The notes: generated by a model not told the origin, from the letters alone. A stretch of 59,937 nucleotides of DNA from Actinomycetes bacterium (GCA_023451855.1 JAEXXY010000035.1:1-59937), one strand, 5' to 3'. Shown: positions 28,680 to 39,507, numbered from the stretch's first letter. Numbers and translations are program-made.

Positions 28680-29078
28680 ATGCCGAGCCAACCGTCAGCG
28701 AGCAAGCTGGAATGGGCCGCGGGCCTCACGGTCTTCGCCGGCTTGCTGCTCATCACGGCCGGACTCTTCCAGGCGCTCGCCGGCATCGTGGCCCTCGTCG
28801 ACGACCAGCGCTACGTCCTGACCGGCGCCTACGTCTACACCTTCGACACCACCACCTGGGGCTGGATCCAGCTCGTCCTCGGTCTCGCCGCCGTCGGGCT
28901 GGGCATCGCGGTGATCGTGGGCAAGGTGTGGTCGTTGATCGTGGCCGTGTCCGTCGCGATCCTGTCGGCCACGGCGCAGTTCATGTGGCTGCCGTACGAC
29001 CCGGTCCGGGCCGTCGTCGTCATCGGCATCAACGCCCTGATCATCTGGGCCCTCGCCGTCCAGCTCAAGAGGCCGTAG
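28680..29078 (+). CDS. DUF7144-like four-TM membrane protein
   Basis: G..VFAG....G.FQ...G, D.T.WGWI.L.LG, F.WLPY.P, IWAL. Confidence 0.78.
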   Translation: MPSQPSASKLEWAAGLTVFAGLLLITAGLFQALAGIVALVDDQRYVLTGAYVYTFDTTTWGWIQLVLGLAAVGLGIAVIVGKVWSLIVAVSVAILSATAQFMWLPYDPVRAVVVIGINALIIWALAVQLKRP

Positions 29079-29191
29079 GCCGACGGACGCCTCAGCGGGG
29101 GTACGCCTCAGCCGACGGGCTCGCGACCCGGGCCGGCCGCAACTGTGCCGATTCGGCCCTCGCCTCGTGCCCGGATGGTTATCGTCTCGAC

Positions 29192-29833
29192 ATGACAGGG
29201 CCCATGACCATGAACCGCGTCATCCACGCGGCGGTGCGTCGCGACCTCTCCCGCCTCGAGTCCGCCCTCGCCGCCGCACCGGACGGCGACCGCGCCCGCG
29301 CCCAGCAGCTGCAGGTGGCCTACGCCAACCTCCACGACCAGCTCAAGCACCATCACGAGGGCGAGGACACGCACGTGTTCCCGTTCCTGGCCAGGGTGGA
29401 AGGGGCCCAGGAGCTGGTCGAGGTCATGGAGACGGAGCACCAGGCCATGGCGGACGCACTCGCCAGTGCGCACACCGCCATGGACTCCTACGCCTCGACC
29501 GGGTCTGCCGCCGATGCCCACGCCGCCAGGGAGGCCGTCGTGAGGGCGAGCGAGGTCGTCGATCGGCACCTGCACCACGAGGAGAACGACCTCGAGCCAC
29601 TCATGCTGCCGCACCTCGAGACGCCCGAGTGGAAGGCCGTCGAGAAGCAGCTGCGGCCGCCGTCCCTCGCCGAGTCGGGCCGGTTCATGGCCTGGGTTCA
29701 GGACGGGATGCCCGAGGCGGAGCGCTCCTACCTTCGCTCGACGATCCCGGCGCCGGTGACGTTCCTGCTCAGCAGGGTGGCCGGCAGGTCATACCACCGG
29801 GAGGTAGCGCCCGCCTGGCAGCCCACCCGGTAG
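29192..29833 (+). CDS. hemerythrin domain protein
   Basis: IHAAVRRD, HHHEGED, EH, HLHHEE. Confidence 0.85.
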   Translation: MTGPMTMNRVIHAAVRRDLSRLESALAAAPDGDRARAQQLQVAYANLHDQLKHHHEGEDTHVFPFLARVEGAQELVEVMETEHQAMADALASAHTAMDSYASTGSAADAHAAREAVVRASEVVDRHLHHEENDLEPLMLPHLETPEWKAVEKQLRPPSLAESGRFMAWVQDGMPEAERSYLRSTIPAPVTFLLSRVAGRSYHREVAPAWQPTR

Positions 29834-29947
29834 GGCCCGGCAGCCCGGGCACTGGCTGCTGTCTGCCGCCGGGCTCCGTGAGCGCCGTGGCTCGGAGAGG
29901 CCCGCGCTGACGCGGCTCGCTTCCGTCGCTTGTCCGGCCGCTGGAGA

Positions 29948-30979
29948 ATGTCGCTCGTGGAGCAGCGGCTCGGCTCGACCACCCTCGAGGACGGCACGGC
30001 AATACGTTTCGCCGTCGCCGGCCGGGGCCCGGTGGCGATCTACGTGCCTGGGTGGGTGTCCCATCTCGAGCTGGGGTGGGCGCTGCCGGCCGAGCGTCAG
30101 TTCTACGAGGGCCTGGCCGACGGTCGGACGCTCGTGCGATACGACCGACCGGGCTGCGGCCTGTCCGGGGCGACTGCCCGCACAGACGTCGTCGAGATGG
30201 AGCTGGAGGTCCTGCGCGCGGTCGCGACTGCCGTCGGTGTCGACCGTTTCGACCTGGTCGGGGCCTCCTTCGGTGCGCCACTCGCGGTGAGGTGGGCCGC
30301 CCGGCATCCGAGGTCGGTGACGCGCCTGGTCCTCTACGGCGGCTGGGTCGACGGTGACGGTGTGGCAGATCAGGCCGTGCGTGAGCACGTGCTCGGCCTG
30401 GTCGACCAGCACTGGGGGTTCGCATCGGATGTGCTGACCGAGATCTTCGCCCCTGACGCGGACGCCGGGTTCCGCGCCATGTTCGCGCGCTACCAGAGAG
30501 ATTCGGCGCCCGCCGCCTGGGCGCACCGGCTGTTGGCGGCGTGCTACGACATCGACGTCGCCGAGGATCTCCCTCGGATCACGGCACCCACCTCGGTCAT
30601 CCACCGCCAGGACGACCGCGCGGTGCCGCTCGCGGAGGGCGAGCGACTGGCCCAGGGCATCGACGGAGCGACGCTGACCGTGCTGGCCGGCCGGACGCAC
30701 ATCCCCTTCGCCGGCGACGCGCACGCCGTGCTCGACGCGATGCGTCGCGGCCTGGGACTGTCCCCTCTCGGCCTCCGGACGCGGCCCACGTTGACCGCCC
30801 GCCAGACCCAGGTGGCCGGGTTGGTGGCGCTCGGCTGGTCGAACCGGCAGATCGCCGAAGAGCTCGTGATCAGCGAGCGTTCGGCCGAGTCGCACGTCGA
30901 ACGGATCCGCACGCGGCTCGGATTCCGTTCCCGCGCCCAGATCGCAGCCTGGTACGTCGCGTCGAACGCGGACGGCTGA
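29948..30979 (+). CDS. alpha/beta hydrolase fused to C-terminal LuxR HTH
   Basis: GWVSHLE, RYDRPGCGLS, GASFG; LTARQ..VA.LVA.G.SNRQIA..L.IS.R.AE.HV. Confidence 0.88.
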   Translation: MSLVEQRLGSTTLEDGTAIRFAVAGRGPVAIYVPGWVSHLELGWALPAERQFYEGLADGRTLVRYDRPGCGLSGATARTDVVEMELEVLRAVATAVGVDRFDLVGASFGAPLAVRWAARHPRSVTRLVLYGGWVDGDGVADQAVREHVLGLVDQHWGFASDVLTEIFAPDADAGFRAMFARYQRDSAPAAWAHRLLAACYDIDVAEDLPRITAPTSVIHRQDDRAVPLAEGERLAQGIDGATLTVLAGRTHIPFAGDAHAVLDAMRRGLGLSPLGLRTRPTLTARQTQVAGLVALGWSNRQIAEELVISERSAESHVERIRTRLGFRSRAQIAAWYVASNADG

Positions 30980-31040
30980 CCTCCGAAGTGCGGTATTTCC
31001 ACTGCTGACGACGTCATGGCGCGCCCGGCACGCTCGGTGC

Positions 31041-31748
31041 ATGACGACTCACCCAGGGCAATCCGACACTCTGACAAACACATCCACTCGCGCCTCCGAG
31101 GAGCCCGAGAGGCCGCTCGAGTTCGACGACCATCCCGGCCGCGGACGGTTCAACTCGGCGTTCTTCTGGGTCATGGGCGGCTACCTCGACCGGCTCATGC
31201 GCCGCCACAAGTCCGCCGCCTTTGCCGACCTGCCCTCGACAGTGGTCGAGCTGGGGGCGGGAGTCGGGGCGAACCTGCGGTACCTGCCCGCGGGCGCCCA
31301 CCTCATCGCCGTCGAACCCAACCCCTACATGCATGCGCGGCTCCGGCGTGCGGCTCGGTCACGCAGCGTCGACCTCGAGATCCGCAGCGTCGTCGGCGAG
31401 CAGATCGACCTTCCCGACGCGAGCACCGATGCCGTCATCTCCAGCCTGGTCCTGTGCAGCGTGCGGGACCCGGAGGCCGTCCTCGCCGAGGTCCGCCGGA
31501 TTCTGCGACCGGGCGGCCGCTTCTGCTTCGCCGAGCACGTCGCAGCGAAGCCGGGCACGCCCACGCGCTGGACCCAGCGGACCCTGCGTCGACCGTGGGC
31601 ATGGATCTTCGAAGGCTGTTCCTGCGAAAGGGAGCTGGCGAGCGTGATCCGGTCTGCCGGGTTCACCACTGTCGACCTCAGCGACTACCGGATCCGCCCG
31701 CCGTTCCTGCCGTTCAACACCCACGTCGCCGGCACGGCCATCGCCTAG
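31041..31748 (+). CDS. class I SAM-dependent methyltransferase
   Basis: VELGAGVGAN, VEPN, LVLCSV, LRPGGRF.F.EHV. Confidence 0.9.
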   Translation: MTTHPGQSDTLTNTSTRASEEPERPLEFDDHPGRGRFNSAFFWVMGGYLDRLMRRHKSAAFADLPSTVVELGAGVGANLRYLPAGAHLIAVEPNPYMHARLRRAARSRSVDLEIRSVVGEQIDLPDASTDAVISSLVLCSVRDPEAVLAEVRRILRPGGRFCFAEHVAAKPGTPTRWTQRTLRRPWAWIFEGCSCERELASVIRSAGFTTVDLSDYRIRPPFLPFNTHVAGTAIA

Positions 31749-31780
31749 GCCGGACCGTGTCTGCACAGAAAGGCAGCCCG

Positions 31781-32479
31781 ATGCACATCTCCGTCCTGGC
31801 GGCGCTCTCGACGGCCAGAACGCGTCGGCGCATCCGCGGCGCCCACCACGAGACCGTCTCTGCGCACGCTCCAGTGCGAGCGCAACGACCCTGCGGCGAC
31901 GCGCCCTCCCGCGCCATCGCCCTGCGTCGCCTCACCCCTGCCGATGCGCGGCACATGACCGACCTGATCCAGCGGCTGTCACCGCAGTCGCGCTACCTGC
32001 GCTACTTCCGGCCGGTGCGTTCCTTCTCCGCGGCTGACATCGCGCGCTTCGTCGGGGTCGGTCCAGGCCACCTGGCGGTCGGGGCGTTCGACGCAGGCGT
32101 CCTCGTCGGGGTCGCGCAGTACTTCCGGTCGGAACGGCCCGACCGCGCGGAGGTCGCCCTCGAGGTGGCCGACAGCCACCACCGTCGCGGGCTCGGCACC
32201 CGACTGGTCCACGAGCTGGCTCGGTTCGCCGCCGACGCGGGCATCACCCACTTCACCGCGACCGTCCTCGCAGAGAACCGGCCCGTGCTCGGACTGATGC
32301 GGCACTCGGGTTGGGATATCGCGACCATCGTGGACGGGCCCTACGCCGACATCGTCGTGAGCCTTCCGCCGCCTTCCCCTCGACCGGGCGGCGCCGCAGC
32401 TAACGTGAGGGACACATCGCGAGGAGGCGTACGTGTCCAGCTATCCCGTCCTGCTCCACACCGCCATCGACGCGCGTGA
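31781..32479 (+). CDS. GNAT family N-acetyltransferase (Pat-type GNAT)
   Basis: LSPQSRYLRYF, AEVALEVAD.HHRRGLGT, VLAEN; 3' end overlaps the next gene. Confidence 0.8.
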   Translation: MHISVLAALSTARTRRRIRGAHHETVSAHAPVRAQRPCGDAPSRAIALRRLTPADARHMTDLIQRLSPQSRYLRYFRPVRSFSAADIARFVGVGPGHLAVGAFDAGVLVGVAQYFRSERPDRAEVALEVADSHHRRGLGTRLVHELARFAADAGITHFTATVLAENRPVLGLMRHSGWDIATIVDGPYADIVVSLPPPSPRPGGAAANVRDTSRGGVRVQLSRPAPHRHRRA

Positions 32480-32846
32480 CTGCCGGGCGCTCGGCGAGTT
32501 CTACCGTCAGCTTCTGGGGCTTCGGTACCGGGAAGGCGAGGAACCGCCGACCGATGGGAGTCCTGACGACGCCGACTGGCTGGTTCTGCTTGATGGAGAA
32601 GGGAACCGGGTCCTGACCGTTCAGGCGAAGAAGGACACCGTGCCTCCGACCTGGCCCTCTGAGCAGGTGCCGATGCAGATGCACATGGACTTCAGAGTGC
32701 CCTCCCTCGAGGAGCTGGAGCGGCACCGGGAGCGGGCGGAGGCCTTGGGCGCCCAGCTGTTGTACGACCGATCGAAGGACGAGGGCGAGCCGCTCTACGT
32801 GCTTGCCGATCCTGCTGGGCACCCGTTCTGCCTCCTCGTCCAGTAG
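32433..32846 (+). CDS. VOC (glyoxalase-like) family protein
   Basis: FY..LLG, PTWP....QMHMDF, LADPAGHPFC; GAGGAGG RBS. Confidence 0.88.
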   Translation: MSSYPVLLHTAIDARDCRALGEFYRQLLGLRYREGEEPPTDGSPDDADWLVLLDGEGNRVLTVQAKKDTVPPTWPSEQVPMQMHMDFRVPSLEELERHRERAEALGAQLLYDRSKDEGEPLYVLADPAGHPFCLLVQ

Positions 32847-32920
32847 AGCAACCGGCGCTTGCGCCGGCTCCCGCCGGACCGGCCCTGCTCGTCGCGACCG
32901 GTCAGGTGGGCACATCCTGC

Positions 32921-33244
32921 CTACTGAACCGGAGGCAGAAGCTGAGCCAGGGCGTCACCCATCCGGTCCCGACCGGCACCGTTGGAGCCGATGTTCCCCA
33001 GGCCGAACTGAAGGTTCGAGGACAGCGTCACCTGCACCGTGCCCGGAGCGACCTCCCGGATCTGGGCAGTGACCTTCTCTCCGGAGGAGAGCACCATCCG
33101 ACCGGCCGTGAAGACGAAGAGGCCCGTCGCCGCATCCGAGGAAAGATGCTGCATCCCCGCGCGGCGCGCTGCCTCCTCGAGGGCCGCGACCGCCTCGCCG
33201 CTGCTGGCTCGGAAGATCATCGACCACGTGTTCCCAGCGCTCAT
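32921..33244 (-). CDS. hypothetical protein
   Basis: GAGGAG RBS before ATG 33244; globular-looking 107 aa. Confidence 0.6.
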   Translation of the reverse strand: MSAGNTWSMIFRASSGEAVAALEEAARRAGMQHLSSDAATGLFVFTAGRMVLSSGEKVTAQIREVAPGTVQVTLSSNLQFGLGNIGSNGAGRDRMGDALAQLLPPVQ

Positions 33245-33489
33245 CTCACCGCTCCTCGCCCGACGCGACCCGCGGGTCCGCGGCGACGCCCGACTCGAGG
33301 ATCGACCCGACTGCCGCCATCCCGCGTGTACGACGAGAGTAGCGAGACGGCCGTGGCGCGCGCCGGGCTTCAGGCCGACCAGCTGCGGGCAAACGGAGCG
33401 GCACCTGCCGACCGCGCGCCGCCCATCGGTGAGGTCCCAAAGTGCTGCGTTCACGTACGGACCGGCAGCCGCGAGCCCTACATTGGGGC

Positions 33490-34128
33490 ATGGCAGACAT
33501 CATCCTGGGCATCTTCGCGATCATCGCCGGCGCCTTCATGCTCTTCGCCGGACAACTGGTGCTGCGCCTGGTCCTCCCCATCTGGGGGTTCTTCGCTGGA
33601 TTCGCTTTCGGGGCAGGTCTTTTCGCTGAACTCGCAAACGAGCGCGTCCTCGGCACCGTGCTGGGTTGGATCGTGGGATTCGTGTGCGCGCTGATCTTCG
33701 CTCTCCTCGCGTACCTCTACTTCGCGGTGGCAGTCGTTCTTGCGATGGCTGCCTTCGGCTACGCGATCGGTGCGGGCCTCGTCGTCGCCCTGGGCATCAG
33801 CTGGAACTGGGTCGCCGTCCTGGTGGGTGTTGTCGTCGGCGCCGCGCTCGGGCTGGTGGCGGTCATCGGGAACCTGCCGATGATCGTCCTGGCCGTCGTC
33901 AGCTCGGTCGCCGGGGCCGTCAGCGTCGTCGCCGGGATCATGCTGCTGGTGGGCACGATCGACTCTGCCGACTTCACCCGGGGCAGCTTCACGCAGGCGG
34001 TGCACGCCGGCTGGGGCTGGTACCTGACTCTGCTGGTCCTTGCCCTGATCGGGATCGTCGCCCAGACCCGGCAGCGACTGGCGATGCGCCGAAGCGTCCA
34101 CGAGACCTGGTACGCCGAGAGTCAGTGA
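33490..34128 (+). CDS. DUF4203/TMEM198-like membrane protein
   Basis: LP.WGFFAGF..G; about 7 hydrophobic segments; TACATT -10 shortly before ATG. Confidence 0.72.
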   Translation: MADIILGIFAIIAGAFMLFAGQLVLRLVLPIWGFFAGFAFGAGLFAELANERVLGTVLGWIVGFVCALIFALLAYLYFAVAVVLAMAAFGYAIGAGLVVALGISWNWVAVLVGVVVGAALGLVAVIGNLPMIVLAVVSSVAGAVSVVAGIMLLVGTIDSADFTRGSFTQAVHAGWGWYLTLLVLALIGIVAQTRQRLAMRRSVHETWYAESQ

Positions 34129-34189
34129 CGTACGCCCCGAGACTCGGGCGGGGGAGGGTCAGCCGATACTCCACGGCACGCGCAGGACG

Positions 34190-34977
34190 TCAGGCAGGGA
34201 CGGAGATTCCCTGCAGCCAGGCCTGCCAGGCGGGCTCCTCGCGGCGGACGTAGTCCGCGGCTTCCGCCGAGAAGAGGTACGCGCGCACGCCGCCCGTCGC
34301 CTTGCCCGCGCCCTCGTCCCACGCGAAGACGCTCAGCATCCCGGGAACCGGCGCTGTGAGCCGGACCAGCGCCTGTCGCGCACCGACGCGCTCCACCGTG
34401 CCGCTGGCGCCGCGCGCCTCGACCGTGGTGCCTTCGTCTCCCAGCCCGAGCTCACCGCGCAAGGTCGACCACACGGCATCCGCGTCGCCCGGGTGCGAGG
34501 CGGAGGCCTCCAGGAAGGTGGCCTCCTGTCCGGGGAAGTGCGACAGGTAGAGGCGCAGGTTGTCGAAGAACGGCAGCCAGCCCGGGGCCATGGTGTCCCA
34601 GAACTCCGACTCCCACGCGGCGCCGGTGCCGAAGCCGCTGCTGGTGACGCGGACGATGCAGGTTCCGCCCGACTGTGCCTCGACGATGAACTCCGACGTC
34701 AGCGGGCTGAGCGCATCGTGGTCCTTGCCCATGAGGGCGGCCCAGTCCTCCTCGTAGACGAGGCGGCGCGGCGGCTCCCATGCGGTGACCTGGCCGTCCG
34801 AGCCCATGTCCGGGCCCATGGTGAAGTGCAGGGAGCCTCCTTCGCGCTCCTCCATCTCGGTCGGCGTGAACCAGGCGCTCATGCCCTTGGCGGTGGCGAT
34901 GGCCTGCCAGACCTGTTCCGGGGTGCCCGGGACCTCGACGCTGAACTCCAGGCGGTACGGGACGTTCGGGGTGATGC

Positions 34978-34981
<4 letters not shown>
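34190..34981 (-). CDS. SRPBCC/AHSA1 domain protein
   Basis: VPGTPEQVWQAIAT..G.SAWF, WEPPRR; ATGA-coupled to the upstream regulator. Confidence 0.85.
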
Positions 34982-35556
<575 letters not shown>

Positions 35557-35567
35557 ACCGCCACGCT

Positions 35568-35595
35568 CCTCTTGACAATAAATCTTGTCAAGAGG
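35568..35595. promoter_or_regulatory. palindromic operator of the ArsR-SRPBCC operon
   Basis: Perfect 11-bp inverted repeat CCTCTTGACAA-N6-TTGTCAAGAGG, 11 nt upstream of the regulator start. Confidence 0.8.
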
Positions 35596-35914
35596 TTGCG
35601 ACGAATACTGGCGTGACGGGCGGCGAGACGGCGCGCGCTCACGATCCGGGGTTGGTAGGACCGGCGTCGTGTGGTGAGCGACCGAGAGGGGCCGTGCGTG
35701 AGTAGTTCGGCCGCACTCCGGAGGGTCGAGCGTTCTAGCCGGTGCGGGTGCATGCCAGGTGATAGAAGTGCCCTGGGTAACCGGGGCTTCGGCGGATGGT
35801 TCGCCGTCAGGGTTCGGAAATGGGGGTTACCCGCTCGGTGTCGTGGCACCGGACCAATGACCCAGGTGTCCGGCGGGCGCCACGACACCGCAATGACGAG
35901 CCACAGGGGGACTG

Positions 35915-36298
35915 GTGCCCAACTCGCGCATCATCACCGCGTCCTTGGCGGCCGCCGTTCTCGTCGGTGGGTCCCTGACGCTCCGGGCCACACTGGACGA
36001 CGACGTGACCTGGCACTCAGGTACGGCCGTGGTCGCGAGGGACGCGGCGACAGCCATGTTCTTCGTGCCGAACCGGTCGGCTGAGGATGCCGTGACCTAC
36101 GGGTCTGCAGGTGCCGTCGCTCGCTGGGTCGACGCCAGCGGCAAAGTTCAGTCCGGAGGGTGGCCCACCTGCCTCGTCCCGGCACCGGGGCCAAACCTGA
36201 CCGGTCCGCAGGAGACGCCCATCCGATTCGGGACCGTCGACGTCGACGACGACCTGGGCGGTGGCCCCATGGTCGTCGTGATCGACTGTCGGGGATGA
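35915..36298 (+). CDS. hypothetical exported/membrane-anchored protein
   Basis: N-terminal hydrophobic helix; two Cys (WPTC, IDC); GGGGA RBS. Confidence 0.55.
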   Translation: MPNSRIITASLAAAVLVGGSLTLRATLDDDVTWHSGTAVVARDAATAMFFVPNRSAEDAVTYGSAGAVARWVDASGKVQSGGWPTCLVPAPGPNLTGPQETPIRFGTVDVDDDLGGGPMVVVIDCRG

Positions 36299-36370
36299 GC
36301 GACGAGGGCCGGCGTCGCCAGTGGGCCACCGGGCTCGGCGCCGGGAGAAAGGCCCGCTTTCCACCGCCTG

Positions 36371-36835
36371 TCAGCAGTCGACTCCCTTGACCGGAACAGC
36401 CACCGGGCCGATCGCGATACGTGCTGCCGCATCCTTCAGGAGGGACTGTGCGTCTCCGTTGAAGAGGTCGACGCCCTCGGCGGTGCAGATCATCATCGAG
36501 TCGAGTGACCTGATGGGGAAGGTCCATTTCAGGCTGACCCCGTCGGGCAAGGCTGCTCTCATGGGCTGTATGCGGGACAGGCCCGTTCGCACACCCCGCC
36601 ATGAGCCACCTTGTACGAGCCAGGCGCCCGTGCTGCCCAAGAGCTCGCAGGCGGTCGCCGTGGCATGCGGGGTGAGCCCGTCGGTGTCCAGCACCACCCG
36701 CACGCGCACGTTGCGCGGCTGCATGGCCTCGACCAGCGCGGAGACTCCACCGCCCGTGATGCCGGCGCACCTTCGTCGCTCGCGGAGAACGGCTCCGCCG
36801 AGGCCTTTCGGCGCCCTTCCCCGGACGTCTTCCAT
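36371..36835 (-). CDS. hypothetical protein (start uncertain)
   Basis: C-terminal part of the 36371..37243 ORF looks globular; divergent from the LuxR gene. Confidence 0.35.
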   Translation of the reverse strand: MEDVRGRAPKGLGGAVLRERRRCAGITGGGVSALVEAMQPRNVRVRVVLDTDGLTPHATATACELLGSTGAWLVQGGSWRGVRTGLSRIQPMRAALPDGVSLKWTFPIRSLDSMMICTAEGVDLFNGDAQSLLKDAAARIAIGPVAVPVKGVDC

Positions 36836-37093
36836 TACAGGCGGAGGGCGTGCGGGGCCGGTATCGGCGGAAATGCCCACTATGGAAAGGGACACCTTCG
36901 AGGGCCACGGGGCCGACGTCGGCCGGCGCGGCTGGAGCAGCAACGAATTCGTGGTGCGGATTCGGTTGGGCGGTGTGGTTCCGGGTATCCCGTCAGGTAC
37001 CCCTCGATGCGGAACGTCTCGTCGCGCGCGAGCACGTGGCATCGCTCGGCCTTCGCGCCCCCTTCCGGGCTGCGACCTGCGGAAGGGAACGCC

Positions 37094-38116
37094 GTGCCGG
37101 ACGATGTGCCCATCGCCGAGATCTTCGACATCGCGACCTCCGAGGTCCCCTTGCTGGAGCGGGCCCGAAGCCTCGTGGAGAGCCTGGACCACTGGCTGCC
37201 GGTGGATGCCGTCTGGTTGACCCTGTCCGACCCGCGCTCGCACGTCTACGCAACGGTTGGCAGCACCGGGCTGGAGCGACCCGTGCTCGAGTACCTGGCC
37301 CGTCCCACGGTGGCGGGGGAGATCCAGCTGGCCGAGCTCAACCAGGCCGGGCCACCCATTGCCGTGACGGAGCTGCCCGTCCAGGTTTCCGACCTGCCGA
37401 CCTGGGCAGAGTGCCTGATCCCGGCGGGCTTTCGGGAAGGTCTGGACGTGCCACTCGCCGAGCCCGGTGGCCCGTTTCTCGGGATGCTGAGCCTGCTGTT
37501 CTCGGGCGCGGAGCCCCCTTCAGATGCGCTGCGCGACAGTGTGGGGCGGCTGGCTCCGTTGATCGCTCGGGCCGTGTCCCCACTGCGTTCGCTGCTCGCG
37601 ACGGCGCGCCTCGTGCAGGGTGCCGAGGCCGGTGTCGTGCTGCTCCGGGACGGCACCACCTACCCCCTGCCAGGACTCGAGAACCATCCCTCGCTCATGG
37701 ACTCGCTGATGCTGCGGATCGCGCGGCACACCTTGTTGGCCGGTCAGGTGTACCGGTCGTTCACGTGGCCCGCGCCGGACGGGCCTGACGCCGCCGGTCA
37801 CGCGCGCATCACCGTCCTGGCCGCCACCGACGTTCCGGCCTTCGTGCTGGGCACGGTCCTGGTGGGACGCGATGTGGAGTGCCGTGGCCTCACGCACCGC
37901 GAGATGGAGGTGCTGGGGCTGATCGTGGACGGCCGCTCGAACCAACAGATCGCGAGCCGACTCGTCGTCGCCCCCCGCACCGTGGCCGCGCACGTGGAGC
38001 ACATCCTGCACAAGCTCGAGGTGCCGACGAGGACGCTGGCCGCGATCCACGCGGAACGGGAGGGTTGCTACGTTCCCGCGCCTCTCGCCCTGTCGGTCGC
38101 TGCCCGCGTCCCATGA
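37094..38116 (+). CDS. LuxR family regulator with N-terminal GAF-like domain
   Basis: LIPAGFREG; LT.RE.EVL.LIV.G.SN.QIA..L....RTV..HV.HIL.KL. Confidence 0.85.
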   Translation: MPDDVPIAEIFDIATSEVPLLERARSLVESLDHWLPVDAVWLTLSDPRSHVYATVGSTGLERPVLEYLARPTVAGEIQLAELNQAGPPIAVTELPVQVSDLPTWAECLIPAGFREGLDVPLAEPGGPFLGMLSLLFSGAEPPSDALRDSVGRLAPLIARAVSPLRSLLATARLVQGAEAGVVLLRDGTTYPLPGLENHPSLMDSLMLRIARHTLLAGQVYRSFTWPAPDGPDAAGHARITVLAATDVPAFVLGTVLVGRDVECRGLTHREMEVLGLIVDGRSNQQIASRLVVAPRTVAAHVEHILHKLEVPTRTLAAIHAEREGCYVPAPLALSVAARVP

Positions 38117-39450
38117 TCGGCGGGCCCGGCCAGGTGCAGAACCCGACCGAGGTCGGGTGCGGCTGTGACGTCGGCACCTGACCCGATGCCCTCGGTGTCC
38201 GGCGTGAGCGCCGCGAGGGCGTCCTCGTCGTCCTCGTGGCAGCGGTGGACCGCGGCCTCGAGCAGCCGGAGCTGGCGGTCCAGCGGTTCCTGCCGGTCGG
38301 GCGGTGCGACGGACTTGAGGTCGGTCAGGGCGGCGCAGATCTTCCTGGTCACCTGCGGCTCCGACGCCCCGGCCAGGCGGATCTCGTCGAAGGCCAGCCT
38401 GACGTAGCCGTCCCAGCTGACGGTCCGCTCGACCAGGCGGACCACACCGTCCTCGTCACGGTGCTCACCGCGTGGCAGGGGGCGAGGTGCGATCTGGCGC
38501 AAAAGGTCGTGCAGCCGGTGCAGAGCCTGCACCGCCGTCGTGGGGTCGTTGAACGGCTGCGCGATCGAGCGGACGGCGATGTCGACCAGCTTGCGGAGGC
38601 CGTAGGCGAGGTCCTCGGTGTGGACGCGTTCGGGCCCGAGCAGCACGTGGCGGGCGACGTCGCCGGCCCGAAGCCGATCGGCGGCGTCCCTCTCCGTGGT
38701 CGGCGTCGACAGGGTGCCCGGGTGCACCCGTAACAGAGGGGCGCCGCCGACCACGAAGTCCCCCATGACGGGGACCAGCTCCAGCACGCAGCCCACCTGT
38801 CGGGCCGCGGCGACGAGGGCGGGCCGGTCGACGCGCACCACGTTGCCCGGCTCCGCGGCGACGATCTCGCCCGGGCCGGCAGAGACCACGGGAAGCTCAC
38901 CGTGCTCGCGGACGATGAACTCGCGGCTGCGGTCGCCGACGAGGTCGATGAGCCCGGCGACCCGCAGGCCCTGGCCGGCGTGGTGCACGAAGAGGATCAG
39001 CACGACGATGCTGGCGAGCATCAGGACGTAGGACAGCACCATCGACGCCCCGGGCACCGTGCCGGTGTCGAAGCCGTGGATCTCACGCAGGGTCAGCACC
39101 ACGACCAGGAAGCTGGCGCCGAACAACCCGATCGCCAGCTGGCTCCACCGGTCGGTGAGCAGCGCCCCCACGATGCGGGGCGAGAACTGTCCCATCGCCA
39201 GCTGGACCGCAACCAGCGTGACCGTCAGGACGAGGGTCGTCAGCGACACCAGGGCGCCGGCGAAGGACGACAGGATCGTCTGGGCGTCCGACGGCGTCCC
39301 GGTCAGGCTGGTCGGAACGAGGTGGTATCCCGTCAGCCGGTCGAGCGCGAGCGTTGCGATCGCGAGGACGGCACCGCCGATGAGGCAGCCGATCGGCAGC
39401 AGCCACAGGCTCGAGCGCACGAAGCGCTGGAGCCGCAGCGTGCTGATCAC
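38068..39450 (-). CDS. DUF2254 membrane protein
   Basis: SSLWLLP, VQLAMGQFSPR, LVDIA.R....NDPTTAVQ, AFDEIR; GTG start 39450. Confidence 0.88.
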   Translation of the reverse strand: MISTLRLQRFVRSSLWLLPIGCLIGGAVLAIATLALDRLTGYHLVPTSLTGTPSDAQTILSSFAGALVSLTTLVLTVTLVAVQLAMGQFSPRIVGALLTDRWSQLAIGLFGASFLVVVLTLREIHGFDTGTVPGASMVLSYVLMLASIVVLILFVHHAGQGLRVAGLIDLVGDRSREFIVREHGELPVVSAGPGEIVAAEPGNVVRVDRPALVAAARQVGCVLELVPVMGDFVVGGAPLLRVHPGTLSTPTTERDAADRLRAGDVARHVLLGPERVHTEDLAYGLRKLVDIAVRSIAQPFNDPTTAVQALHRLHDLLRQIAPRPLPRGEHRDEDGVVRLVERTVSWDGYVRLAFDEIRLAGASEPQVTRKICAALTDLKSVAPPDRQEPLDRQLRLLEAAVHRCHEDDEDALAALTPDTEGIGSGADVTAAPDLGRVLHLAGPADHGTRAATDRARGAGT

Positions 39451-39507
39451 TGAGGGCCTGCCGGGTCGCAGGTGGCCGACTGGTACGGGTCCACGGTCTC
39501 CTCCATT

